Assembly: GCA_036011305.1 (NCBI GenBank)
Contig: DASCNA010000168.1
Span: 617 to 64,616, forward strand
From: Victivallales bacterium
GTDB lineage: Bacteria; Verrucomicrobiota; Lentisphaeria; Victivallales; GWF2-38-69
Direction of reading: 5' to 3'
DNA: 64,000 nt
Position 1 is the first letter of the stretch, and every line of letters begins with the position of its first letter. The position numbers and the translations under genes are program-made. Shown here one piece after another: positions 19,702-30,109 of the stretch. The notes beneath the pieces were generated by a model. The model saw only the letters and a list, made by a program, of their open reading frames with translations, had not been told where the DNA came from and made no database searches.

Positions 19702-21099
19702 CTAACTTAAATCCTTTAAGCCTCCACATGCTGCTGCCAGTTTAGCTCTATTGACAGCCACACTTATGACCGACTGCACATAGGATGATTCAGATCTTAT
19801 TAACTGTTCCTGAGACTGGTTCAGTGTTGCTATATCTTTATTGCCGGCATTAAATTCTTCTCTTACCAGATCACGACGCTGTCTTGCAAGTTCAAGTGTC
19901 TGTGCTTGAACTTTTCTTTTAGCTATAGCCATGTTAAGATATGTATAATCTTCTCGTACTTCTTCTACTACTATAATCCATCTCTGCAGTAGCTTTTCTT
20001 TTTCAACATCATATAGTGCCATACTTGACCTAACATCAAATATTCTGCTCCCGCCTTTCCATAGATCCCAGTTGGCAGACCATCCATAGTTGTAGGTGTT
20101 GCTATCTCCGGTTGGAGCAAAAGCTCCGCCCATTGCTCCTGTTCCGGTATCTGTTCTGTCAAACCCGTAATCCATGCTTACAGAGACTGTTGGAGAGAAT
20201 GCCCCCCATGATTTGTATAGAGAATATTTTGCTGCTTTAAGAGCTTCCTTTTCACCTTTTAGATCAGGTCGCTGATTAATTGCAAGATCCAGATAGAATT
20301 CGACCCCCATAGTGAATTCATTATTACTGACTACTTCTATCGGAGGGAATCTGACTTCAGATGGAACATCAGCTGTTGTAAGTCCCATGAACTGAGCAAG
20401 AAGATATCTGTCAACCTTATATTTAGCTTTATCGCTAATTAAAGCAGTTTGAGCATCATTTCTATTAATTTTAAAGTTAAGTATTTCACTAAGAGAAGAT
20501 GCGCCTGCGTCATATTTGAGCTGTTCATCATTAACCATTTGTTCGTTGTAAACTTCGTTACCGAGTTCAATTTGAATATTAGCTCTATCGAGTAATATCT
20601 GATAATATGCGATTCTGGTGTCTTTAACCAGGATTCTTCGTGCATTCTGGTAGAGGTATTCCTGTTGTTTTGCAGTAGCTGATGCACTTAAGGCGCTGAA
20701 CACGTCCTGCATGCCGTTAAACGCAGTGTAGGAAGCAGTTAAAGCTCCTGCAGAGTCACTGCCTCTATTTGCTTGAGATCCCTGAGTCCATGACTGTCCA
20801 TAATTAACGCCAAGGGTAGGAGAAAATGCAGAAAGTGATTTATAGTACAAAGCATAAGCACTGACCATATTGAGTCTTGCTATCTGGTAAGTCGGATTGT
20901 TAGCTAATGCAATATTCATAGCTTCATTAACAGTTAATACTCTGTTGTCTGCAGGTATTCTTCTTTGTTCGCTATCAGATTCAGCAGTATAGTTGTCGGC
21001 ATGAATTATATCCGGTGGTGGCTTATAAGACACACACCCCGCAGTAATTGCAATAATTACACTGCTGATAGCTAGTGCAGGATTTTTGTAAAAATTCAC
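19702..21099 (-). CDS. Outer-membrane efflux lipoprotein (TolC/NodT family)
   Basis: Lipobox ITAGC. Two OEP-type repeats fit the length (465 aa) and the heptad-rich sequence. Confidence 0.8.
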   Translation of the reverse strand: MNFYKNPALAISSVIIAITAGCVSYKPPPDIIHADNYTAESDSEQRRIPADNRVLTVNEAMNIALANNPTYQIARLNMVSAYALYYKSLSAFSPTLGVNYGQSWTQGSQANRGSDSAGALTASYTAFNGMQDVFSALSASATAKQQEYLYQNARRILVKDTRIAYYQILLDRANIQIELGNEVYNEQMVNDEQLKYDAGASSLSEILNFKINRNDAQTALISDKAKYKVDRYLLAQFMGLTTADVPSEVRFPPIEVVSNNEFTMGVEFYLDLAINQRPDLKGEKEALKAAKYSLYKSWGAFSPTVSVSMDYGFDRTDTGTGAMGGAFAPTGDSNTYNYGWSANWDLWKGGSRIFDVRSSMALYDVEKEKLLQRWIIVVEEVREDYTYLNMAIAKRKVQAQTLELARQRRDLVREEFNAGNKDIATLNQSQEQLIRSESSYVQSVISVAVNRAKLAAACGGLKDLS

Positions 21100-21425
21100 A
21101 TTTTTCTCCCTTTAAATTTTGGATTTGTTGAAAAGTATTTAGTCGTAGTTTATGAATATTTTTTAGAATATTGAGGCTACAACATACAAATTTATATACA
21201 TCCTATTAATTTCTTTGCAACAGTTTAAAACGACTTTAAATAAAAAAAAGAAGGTAAAGTTTTGGTCATTTTTTCATTAATAAAATAATTTCCAGTATGC
21301 ATAAAACTATAAAAACTTATGGTTTATGCTTTTACAGGAAAATTACTAAAATGGGAAAGATTTACTCCGCTTATTTTTGATGTGAACTTGAGAGTAATTT
21401 TTTTTACTGTTAATTTGAAATAAAA

Positions 21426-22205
21426 TTAATATATCTCAGATATTTCACTGAATAATTCAGCTGTGGAGGCGGCAACGACATCTCCTACATAATCCAGGGT
21501 TAATTCTTTATTATGACGACCTCTGATAATGCCTCCGGCATTTTCTATTATTTTTACTACCGGTAAATAGTCGTAGGGATCAAGGCCGGGTTTGATTACT
21601 GCATCAATACAGCCCATGGATAATAATCCGTATCCGTATGCTTCTGTTTCCCAGGCTAATAATTTTGATTTTTTATATAATTCTTCAAGTTGTACATTTT
21701 CTTTGACAAATAGTTCAGGTGATGAAAGAAGTATTTTACTTTCAGATAGATTTTTTATATTACTTGTTGTAACAGGCGTACCGTTAAAAGTTGTCTGCTG
21801 ATCTTTAAATGCAAACCATCTTTCTCCAGTTACAGCCTGATCTATAAGTCCAAACACAGCTTTGCCTTTATGAAATAAGCCTATTAAAGTAGCAAAGAGC
21901 GGTCTTCCAAGAATGAAGCTGTTTGTACCGTCAATAGGATCTACCACCCAAACATAGTCAGCATCAAGTTTTGTATTTTCTTCTTCCTCACCTAAAATGC
22001 CATGATCTTTATATTTTGATGTAATAACATCCCTGACCATTCTTTCTATCTGTTCATCAGCGGCTGTAACTAGTGAAGTATTTTCCTTGATCTGAACATC
22101 TATTGATGAATTATTTCTGAAATATTTATTTACAATTTTTCTTGATTCATCAGCTAAATAGTGTGCTGTCTTTACTAATTCCTGATCTGTCATAATGATA
22201 CCCAA
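21426..22205 (-). CDS. Inositol monophosphatase family protein
   Basis: Motifs GEEE and WVVDPIDGTNSF. The start could instead be ATG 22193. Confidence 0.85.
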   Translation of the reverse strand: MGIIMTDQELVKTAHYLADESRKIVNKYFRNNSSIDVQIKENTSLVTAADEQIERMVRDVITSKYKDHGILGEEEENTKLDADYVWVVDPIDGTNSFILGRPLFATLIGLFHKGKAVFGLIDQAVTGERWFAFKDQQTTFNGTPVTTSNIKNLSESKILLSSPELFVKENVQLEELYKKSKLLAWETEAYGYGLLSMGCIDAVIKPGLDPYDYLPVVKIIENAGGIIRGRHNKELTLDYVGDVVAASTAELFSEISEIY

Positions 22206-22251
22206 TTGTTATTTTAATAAAATTATTACGCTTCAATCTTATATCCAACAT

Positions 22252-24768
22252 TTAATATGTATTATACAGACTTCTGATAATAAGCCTGTTTTTAAATTCA
22301 TTTATAGATATGGATTCATCTAAACATACGGTTATCTTATATTTTTTATCCGGCCTGATATGGAAAAAGTTATCTGACATATCTGTTTTTGTGTCTGCAA
22401 GTTCAAGCCAGCACCACAGGGCAGGGGATTTAGATGTAATAGATACAATATACTCCTTATTGTTAATTTGTCTGATATCGTGCTCTATTTCAGGTTTTAC
22501 CAGTGTCATGTGCTTTGGCTTAGCCAAAGTAACAAGATTTGATGAGACAACTTTATCGTAAACTACCAAATCCATCCATACAAGAATATCTCTATCTTTT
22601 AATTTCTTCAGCGTGCTGTTCAAGTCGATAGAAGCTATTTTTAAGTTTCCCTGCGGCTTTGTAGCTCCATAGAAAATTTCATCAAGGATATAATTGCCTT
22701 TCAGGTCAGTAACTTTTATTTCAGCAGCTACATCTATTGCTTCCAGAAGATCATTGGTTATATGAATATCCACTCGGTTGTGTTTTAAATCCTCTACTCC
22801 GCTTATCAGCATGGGAGAAAAGAATTTCTTAGCTTCATAGTGCAGTGCTTTCCAGTTACAGTAATAATCTATAGATGACCAGCTTGGGCCAGGCCATGTA
22901 TCATTCAACTGCCAGTAAATAGCCCCCATGGTTTGATGCATATTTCTTCGCCAGTGCTCTACAGCATACTTAATTGCCAATGCCTGTAATATTTGAGAAA
23001 CCCATAAGGTGTTGTCGAAACCGAGAGGCATTTTAAACCAGTCAAGCATATAGTGCATTATTGTAGAATTACCTATATCTGATCTTTGATGATGCTCCAT
23101 TACATAGCTTGTGATATTTCTATCTTCCTCAATAGTAAATGAGTTGGTAACTTTAGGTTCTGTAAATGACTGAAATCCAAATTCACTTACAAATCGCTGT
23201 TCACAAGTCCTGAACCATTCAAAAGGTTTTTTGCCATGCCAGACATCCCAAAGATGAGAATCGCCGCTTTTGGGATCATTAAAATCATATCTGTCGCCAA
23301 TAGGTGTATGAGGACTGCCCGGCCAGTAGTCTGTGTCAGGATCAAGTTCGCTAACTATTTCAGGCATTAATTTATCAAATAAACGGCTGTAATCCTTCCA
23401 GCTCATTTCAGTATCAGACCATTTCTCTCCAACTAAGTGTTGTTCTAATTCATTGTTACCGCAGTAGAGTCCTATGCAGGCATGATGTCTAATTCTTTTT
23501 ATATTATCAACTAACTCATGCTTTACTGTATCCATAAAATCATCATCAAATGTTGGATATGTCGAACATGCAAACATAAAATCCTGCCATACGACTAGAC
23601 CCAGTTCATCACAAATATCATAGAAAATATCATGCTCATATATCCCGCCGCCCCAGAGTCTGATCATATTCATATTTGCTTTGACTGCATCTTCAAGCAG
23701 TGTGTAGTATCTGGAAGCAGGAAGATTTGCAAGAATGCCGTCCGCAGGAATCCAGTTGGCTCCCTTGGCAAAGAATGGAATGCCGTTTACTTTAAAATAA
23801 AATGACTCTCCATATTCATCGTTTTCTCTTATTAGATCAATTGTTCTTAATCCAATGCTTTTAGAAGTACTGTCCAATTCGTTACAATTTTCATCAAATA
23901 ATTGAATATCAATTTTATAGAGTGATTGGTGACCCATTCCAGATGGCCACCATAAATCAGGATTATCTATATTAAATACAATACGTTTATTATTACCTGC
24001 AATGCTGAGAGTTTTTTTGTAAACAGTATTATCCTTATGCTTTATTGTTAATTTAGCATTTGTATTTATGCCTGAAGAGAGAGTCTCTAGATTTATGTCA
24101 ATAGACAACTGTACACTGTTTTCGCAGTGCTTCTGTCTGATACTAACATTATAGATTCTTGCCCTGTTTATACCTAAAAGTTTTATATCACGCCAAATGC
24201 CGCATGTGACAGCCATTAACCCCCAATCCCAACCATAATTACACTGCTCTTTTCTCACCCAGCCATGTGTAATATTTACTTTATGGGATTTATGGAGAAT
24301 CCATTTATCATCATATCCTGTGAATGTGCCCCAGCAATGTATTGGACGTTCAGCCTGTTTTTGATTTGCATAAGGTATTGTGGATGTAAAGTATACTTCA
24401 ATACTGTTTTTCCCTTCAATTAATATATCTTTAACATCCCATTCATATGTTCTGAACATATTATCAGTTTCAGCAATAATATTTCCATTTATACTTATTT
24501 TAGAAAAAGTATCCAGACCATCACAATGTAATAGAATTTTGTCATTTAAAAAAAAAGATTGATCAATATTAAAAGTTCTATTATAAATCCAGTCGGATTC
24601 ACCTATCCACTGCAAAGATTCCTCATTATTTCTAAAATAAGGATCTTCAATCTGTTTTTCTCTTAATAAGTCGGCATAAACATCACCGGGAATATTAGCG
24701 GCAATATTAATTGAATTGTCTGATTTATTAAGGTTCCATTTACCGCCTAGATCAATTATGTCCATCAT
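22252..24768 (-). CDS. Glycoside hydrolase family 2, beta-mannosidase-like
   Basis: N-terminal DLGGKWNL, plus NMIRLWGGGIYE, FMFACS and SEFGFQSF blocks. I moved the start to ATG 24768 (GGGGA 6 nt upstream). The track ORF extends to 24864 through an unlikely N-terminal extension. Confidence 0.85.
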   Translation of the reverse strand: MMDIIDLGGKWNLNKSDNSINIAANIPGDVYADLLREKQIEDPYFRNNEESLQWIGESDWIYNRTFNIDQSFFLNDKILLHCDGLDTFSKISINGNIIAETDNMFRTYEWDVKDILIEGKNSIEVYFTSTIPYANQKQAERPIHCWGTFTGYDDKWILHKSHKVNITHGWVRKEQCNYGWDWGLMAVTCGIWRDIKLLGINRARIYNVSIRQKHCENSVQLSIDINLETLSSGINTNAKLTIKHKDNTVYKKTLSIAGNNKRIVFNIDNPDLWWPSGMGHQSLYKIDIQLFDENCNELDSTSKSIGLRTIDLIRENDEYGESFYFKVNGIPFFAKGANWIPADGILANLPASRYYTLLEDAVKANMNMIRLWGGGIYEHDIFYDICDELGLVVWQDFMFACSTYPTFDDDFMDTVKHELVDNIKRIRHHACIGLYCGNNELEQHLVGEKWSDTEMSWKDYSRLFDKLMPEIVSELDPDTDYWPGSPHTPIGDRYDFNDPKSGDSHLWDVWHGKKPFEWFRTCEQRFVSEFGFQSFTEPKVTNSFTIEEDRNITSYVMEHHQRSDIGNSTIMHYMLDWFKMPLGFDNTLWVSQILQALAIKYAVEHWRRNMHQTMGAIYWQLNDTWPGPSWSSIDYYCNWKALHYEAKKFFSPMLISGVEDLKHNRVDIHITNDLLEAIDVAAEIKVTDLKGNYILDEIFYGATKPQGNLKIASIDLNSTLKKLKDRDILVWMDLVVYDKVVSSNLVTLAKPKHMTLVKPEIEHDIRQINNKEYIVSITSKSPALWCWLELADTKTDMSDNFFHIRPDKKYKITVCLDESISINEFKNRLIIRSLYNTY

Positions 24769-24976
24769 CCATTTTCCCCGTAATATAATTTTATTTTTCC
24801 GATTTCTGATTGAGAATAAATCAATAGATTTCAGAATAAAATAACGACTATTAACAATAAACAATTAACTATTTTAATATGAATATAGCATTTAATTTTT
24901 GTTACAGATAAAATTATAAAAAAAATATGATGTTTTTTATAGAATAATATAAATAAAAAATGGAAGAGGAGTGATT

Positions 24977-25882
24977 ATGAATAGAAAATCAACGTTAAGA
25001 GTGCTGTCTTTAATAACTTTCCTGCTAGTTTCAGTAAATTTGTTTTCTTCTGAAAACATTGAAGCTTTTACATTTAAGGAAATTAGTACTAAAGTAGATC
25101 AATTAGGTAAGAAATACGGCAATGAAAATGTACTTCTTGCTTTTGATATAGATTGTACTCTCCTTTCTTCTTCTGATAATTTCGGGGGAGATTTATGGTA
25201 TGACTGGCAGGCTGATTTGATGAAAAATGATAAAGACTCTCCTAATTTAGTTTCAAAAGATTTTGGAAAAATGCTGTATTATCAGAGTGCAATTCAATAT
25301 CTGTCATTATCTTCAATGTATCCAACAGAAAAAGATATACCGTCAATTATGAAGAAATTTCAGAAAGATGGGTATAAGACACTTTTACTGACAGCCAGAG
25401 GATATAACATACGAAATCTAACAGAAAATCTTTTAACGGAAAATGATTTTAATATGAAAGAAAGCTGTTTTTCTGAAGGTTTTCCAGGAGAATATATACC
25501 TTTTAAAACAGATGGACCGGAAAAATACGGTCTCACATCTGATGATGTGAAAAAATTCGATTTGGGTAAAGCAAGGGCTGTGAGTTTTTTCAACGGAATG
25601 TTTATGTCAGCCGGACAGAACAAAGGTATTATGGTTAAAACTCTTTTATATAAAACTAAAAAGAGCTTTAAGGCTATAGTTCTCGTTGATGACAGCGTAA
25701 AAAATGTAAAAAATATGCAGGCTGTTTATGAAGGCAGTGATGTAGACGTTTATACATTTAGATATGCTTTCGATGATTCACTTAAAAGACAGTTTGAAAA
25801 ATCCAATAAAGTCAACTGCATAAGACAGTGGAAAACTTTCATAAAAGCTCAGAAAGAAATTTTTGGAGGAGTGCAGAAATAG
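24977..25882 (+). CDS. Secreted HAD-superfamily (DxDxT) hydrolase-like protein
   Basis: A signal peptide is present. Motifs: FDIDCTL (motif I), LLTARG (motif II) and VLVDDS (motif IV). GAGGAG lies 5 nt before ATG 24977. Confidence 0.55.
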   Translation: MNRKSTLRVLSLITFLLVSVNLFSSENIEAFTFKEISTKVDQLGKKYGNENVLLAFDIDCTLLSSSDNFGGDLWYDWQADLMKNDKDSPNLVSKDFGKMLYYQSAIQYLSLSSMYPTEKDIPSIMKKFQKDGYKTLLLTARGYNIRNLTENLLTENDFNMKESCFSEGFPGEYIPFKTDGPEKYGLTSDDVKKFDLGKARAVSFFNGMFMSAGQNKGIMVKTLLYKTKKSFKAIVLVDDSVKNVKNMQAVYEGSDVDVYTFRYAFDDSLKRQFEKSNKVNCIRQWKTFIKAQKEIFGGVQK

Positions 25883-26104
25883 ACGAATAAATAATAATAA
25901 CGTGAGGTTTATTTTGTCGGTAGTAAGCTCAATTTTATGAAATACTATCCAATGAACTAAATAGCTGTGCAGAGCGTCTAGAATTTAATAATTCAGAAAT
26001 TGAACCGGTTGGGAACGTCTTTATTCGATATGGTATTATAATATAATTGAGTTCTAATAAGGTCAACCGTCTATTTATACAAAATCGATTGCGGTTAATT
26101 TTAT

Positions 26105-26578
26105 CTATTCATTTATAGATGTATATATTAGATAGCTTACAAAAAAACCTAAAGATACAGCATCTATTAGAACCCAGTACGCTGCTTGGAGGTTATTTAA
26201 TACTGTGGGAAAATATATTATCATTATTAGAATAATAAAAGGAAGTCTAAATATAAATATTTTAGATAATTTCTTTTTAATACCAACTATTATACCTTTC
26301 ACTGTTAAATAAAATAGACACAATATAGCAGAATAACATATAAGCAGAAGAATAAAAAATGGATTTGATAAGGAGTTGTCTGAATACATATAGGCATAGT
26401 TGAGTAAGTTGAATGTGCTCATGATATCAATGATAACAAATGATGAGAATACAATAACGCATAATAATGTTATTATATATAAATATTTAATTTCATTTTC
26501 AGAAAATCTATTAACTGAGCATGCATTAGTAATATCTTTTGATGTATCTATAATTATAGTTTCACTTAAACCATTCAT
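26105..26578 (-). CDS. 4-TM membrane protein, single-module member of the family also encoded at 59843-62177
   Basis: LFYLTVKGIIVGIKKKLSKIFIF...IIYFPTVLNNLQAAYWVLIDAVSLGFFVSYLIY aligns with LYFLFKGLIVSVFKKLYTYLYFY...IIFWPEFNPKLTSLAWHSIHLIAVVYLLAIIY of the 311-aa protein. Confidence 0.6.
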   Translation of the reverse strand: MNGLSETIIIDTSKDITNACSVNRFSENEIKYLYIITLLCVIVFSSFVIIDIMSTFNLLNYAYMYSDNSLSNPFFILLLICYSAILCLFYLTVKGIIVGIKKKLSKIFIFRLPFIILIMIIYFPTVLNNLQAAYWVLIDAVSLGFFVSYLIYTSINE

Positions 26579-26795
26579 TTTTACTTATTCCTTTTAATGT
26601 TCCATATTCTTATTTATTGCGAACATTAATAAAATTGACCCAAAATTGTCATTCGGCAAAAATATAAACTTTAATGTATCGCAATTAGATATTTAATATG
26701 TAAAAAGTATATAAATGTTATATAATTTGTATATTGCAAAACTGATAAATATAACTTTAGGACTAATTGTTAATATATAAAAAAGAGTTTTTATA

Positions 26796-29060
26796 ATGGA
26801 ATTTTATACAGATAAATTCAGAGCACTGAGGAAAAAGAAAAAAATCTCGATGAAAGATGTTGCAGAAATGATGGGCATTAACTGGCAGACTATCTGGAAT
26901 TGGGAAAATAAAAAAATAGTTCCTTCTGAGGCAAAGGTGAGGCATTTATGTAATTGCCTGGATATAAATATTGAAGAAATATCAGATATCGAAATAACTG
27001 CTGAAGTATCTGATAATGAACTGAACGGTGTGGCAGATTCATGGTTCTCTTTTATTGATCCGGAAATGCAAAAAGATATTCAATATGAAAAATTGATAGT
27101 TGACAATATTAGACGACAGTCAGCAAAACTTCAAAAAGCAACTATTCTGTTAAATGCACTTCTTTCTTATATAAACGCAATTTTTTATGTTAAAGACAGT
27201 AATCTTAGATACATGATTGCAAATACCCAATTTAAAGAAAATTTATCATTAACTTCAAATTACAATACTAAAGGTAAACATGATGAAGATTTATTTATAA
27301 AATCAGAAGCAAAAAAAAATAGAGAACAGGATCAGAAAGTAATAGATACCGGATATGCCATAGAGCATTATGAAGACTATATTCCAGGGAGTAGAAAGCA
27401 GAAGTGGGGTTTAATTTCTAAAATACCTGTACTTGATTCAAATGGTAAAATTGCAGGAGTAATTGGTTCCTTTATTGATATAACCGAAAGAAAAAGGAAG
27501 GAAGAAATACGCAAACTGCTGATACAGGCCTTTGATGAAGGTCCTGATTGTATATTTTTATTAAATAAAGAGAGAACTAAAAATATTTACCTCTCTGGAA
27601 ATATTGAGAAACAATATGGATACCCAAAAGAAAAATTTTATGAAAAAGGTTTTTGGTTTAATTGTTTACATCATGATGATAAAAAAATTGAAGATTTATA
27701 TATTAATAAGAGAAAAATATTACCTAAAAGAAGAAATTTCAGGATAGTAAAACCTGATGGGGAAGTTCGGTATATAGAAGAGACGCTTCATGTTGGCGAG
27801 AAATATTCGCTTGGAGTAGAGCGGGACATTACATTAAAAAAGAAAGAAGAGGAAATTCGTAAGCTTCTGGAATTAAATGTCAATGCTATGTCGGAAGGGA
27901 TAATAATTTCAGACATAGAGACATCTGAACGTTATTATATCAATGAGGCTTTTTCTAAAATATACGGGTATCCTCTAAATTATTTATACAAAATTGAAAA
28001 AAAATTTTTCAGTAAAAAAATATTGCACCATGATCAGGTTGAGAAGTATAACTCATTACCGTCTGCTTCAGAAAGAGACGGTCTGATAGTAGAATTCAAA
28101 ATAATTAATGGTGAAGATAAAAAAGAACACTGGGTGGAAATATCTTATAATGTAACAGACTTTAACGGCAAAAAATGCATACTTTCTATCAGTAGGGATA
28201 TTACAGAGAAAAAAGAAAAGGAATTTGTCTATAATCTTCTTGTTAAAGCACTTGATGAAACAAATGACAGTATTTGGTTGATGGATGAAAAGAGAACTAA
28301 AATTTTGCACATCAGTGATTCAGTTGAAAGGGAGTATGGATATCCTGCTCATAAATTCTTGAATGATGCTGACTTTTGGATTACCTGTGTTCATCCTGGT
28401 GACAAAGACAGAGAAGCAGATTATAGAAAAACAAAAAAAATACCTCCTAAGCGTCAGTATAGAATAGTAAGAGCAGATGGAGCAGTAAGAGTAATAGAGG
28501 AAACTATTCATATCGGTGGTGACTATTCAATTGGAATTGAACGTGATATTACAGAAAGAAAGAAAGAAAAAGAGATACAAACACTGTTGGAGTTTAATGT
28601 CAACGCAATGAAAGATGGACTTATTATTTTTGATAAAGATAATAATAAATACATTTTTATCAACAATGCCATTGTTGATATTTATGGATATAGTCTTGAA
28701 GATTTTTACTCTAAAGGGCGTGATTTTTGGTACAATAAATGTATTCATCCTGATTTTAAAGAAACTGTTAAAGAAGTTCATAGTAAGATTAATAATACAA
28801 TTATTGAATATAAAATTATAAGATCAGATGGAGATGTACGCTGGATTCATTGTACTTTGAATGAAAAAAAATTCCTTGACAGAAAATGTTATATTGCTGT
28901 AGAAAGAGATATTACTGAAGAAAAATGCGGTATGGAAACAAAAATCAATAATATTGCTTTAAATTTACTTAAAGAAAATATTGACCTTTCTGTAATTTCA
29001 AAATCAACCGGTTTAAGCTTGACGGATATAGAACATTTGAGAAAGTCGATAAATTATTGA
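26796..29060 (+). CDS. XRE-family HTH protein with five PAS domains (one-component sensor/regulator)
   Basis: N-terminal HTH_XRE (LRKKKKISMKDVAEMMGINWQTIWNWENKK). Five PAS-like units each end in (E/S)RDIT(E/L)(R/K)K. There is no kinase, cyclase or other output domain. Confidence 0.8.
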   Translation: MEFYTDKFRALRKKKKISMKDVAEMMGINWQTIWNWENKKIVPSEAKVRHLCNCLDINIEEISDIEITAEVSDNELNGVADSWFSFIDPEMQKDIQYEKLIVDNIRRQSAKLQKATILLNALLSYINAIFYVKDSNLRYMIANTQFKENLSLTSNYNTKGKHDEDLFIKSEAKKNREQDQKVIDTGYAIEHYEDYIPGSRKQKWGLISKIPVLDSNGKIAGVIGSFIDITERKRKEEIRKLLIQAFDEGPDCIFLLNKERTKNIYLSGNIEKQYGYPKEKFYEKGFWFNCLHHDDKKIEDLYINKRKILPKRRNFRIVKPDGEVRYIEETLHVGEKYSLGVERDITLKKKEEEIRKLLELNVNAMSEGIIISDIETSERYYINEAFSKIYGYPLNYLYKIEKKFFSKKILHHDQVEKYNSLPSASERDGLIVEFKIINGEDKKEHWVEISYNVTDFNGKKCILSISRDITEKKEKEFVYNLLVKALDETNDSIWLMDEKRTKILHISDSVEREYGYPAHKFLNDADFWITCVHPGDKDREADYRKTKKIPPKRQYRIVRADGAVRVIEETIHIGGDYSIGIERDITERKKEKEIQTLLEFNVNAMKDGLIIFDKDNNKYIFINNAIVDIYGYSLEDFYSKGRDFWYNKCIHPDFKETVKEVHSKINNTIIEYKIIRSDGDVRWIHCTLNEKKFLDRKCYIAVERDITEEKCGMETKINNIALNLLKENIDLSVISKSTGLSLTDIEHLRKSINY

Positions 29061-29243
29061 TTTTAAATAATATTATCTTGCTGCGAATTAAAATATTTAT
29101 TAAGAAATATCTAACTATTACATAAAAAATATAAAATTTACTTTCGTTAAGTGAGAAAAATTTGTGTATTCAAACCTTTTATAGTTATTTATAGATGTAC
29201 AAAGAATCGAATAATAGCTGAGTTAAAGAGAGAATACAAAATT

Positions 29244-29888
29244 ATGAAAAAAATACTACTTCTTTTTTTATTTTTAGTTTTCTGCGATATAAGTTTTTTG
29301 GCCTGCAAGAATCATTTATATATTAAAAATATACCTTCTGGCCATAATTATGATAAGTCTAAGTATTCATATTCTTTCATTGAAAAAACAGGAAGGAGTA
29401 TTAGAATTGCAAGTGAAGAAGTAAGTCTGCCTTACCTTAGGAAAAATAGCTGTGTTCATTTGAGTTATGTTAAAGTTAATTCAGATGAACCGGTTTTGTT
29501 TCCTCTATCTATATCTGGTAAATATAATCTTTTATATTTACATTTTTCAAATAATCTGAAACCTGTATATTTGATGCTCCATAAAGTAAATAAAAATACT
29601 TTTAATATAAAAGAACTAAATGCTTCTCAAGTTAATTCAAGGTTGTTATTTGAACTTAATATGATGAGTAATCCGTGCAGAAATAAGACGACAGGAACAA
29701 TTTGGCAGTTTATAAATAAAAATAGTGATATTATCGGAACATCAAGCGTAAAAGAATATCAGTATCGTATATCTATATGTTCAAGTCGTCATAATGGAAT
29801 GCATATCCAGAATAGCGAGAAGAATATTATTATGAAAATTACTCTGGCCAAAGAAAACCTTAAGCATAAAAAATTTAGCATACAATAA
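29244..29888 (+). CDS. Lipoprotein of unknown function
   Basis: MKKILLLFLFLVFCDISFLAC is a signal peptide plus lipobox. I moved the start to ATG 29244; the track start 29151 is GTG. Confidence 0.55.
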   Translation: MKKILLLFLFLVFCDISFLACKNHLYIKNIPSGHNYDKSKYSYSFIEKTGRSIRIASEEVSLPYLRKNSCVHLSYVKVNSDEPVLFPLSISGKYNLLYLHFSNNLKPVYLMLHKVNKNTFNIKELNASQVNSRLLFELNMMSNPCRNKTTGTIWQFINKNSDIIGTSSVKEYQYRISICSSRHNGMHIQNSEKNIIMKITLAKENLKHKKFSIQ

Positions 29889-29920
29889 ATAATCCTTTCT
29901 CAAAATAGAAAGGATTATTT
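29887..29920 (+). terminator. Hairpin terminator (copy A of a duplicated hairpin)
   Basis: A 13-bp perfect stem: AAATAATCCTTTC (29887-29899) pairs with GAAAGGATTATTT (29908-29920). It is homologous to the hairpin at 30314-30347. Confidence 0.6.
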
Positions 29921-29950
29921 GTATGATTTTAATATTTTATCTTTACCTAC

Positions 29951-30070
29951 TTATCTCTGAACAGCAGCAGCAAATGTGTTCATTGCCTGTAAAGGTGTTG
30001 CGCTTCCCAAGGCAACTGATTCCACCGCATTTTGAAACTTAGTAGAAACTATAGGGTATTCCTGAAATTT
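29951..30070 (-). pseudogene. 3'-terminal 39-codon fragment of a solute-binding-protein gene (echo of 30394-31641)
   Basis: Its reverse-strand translation is KFQEYPIVSTKFQNAVESVALGSATPLQAMNTFAAAVQR*. The C-terminus of the full gene is SNQEYPIVSTKIQNAVESVALGSATPLQAMNTYAAAVQ*. Confidence 0.8.
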
Positions 30071-30109
30071 ACAAGAATAGCGATCAGACTCTAAAAGTTA
30101 TTAATACAG

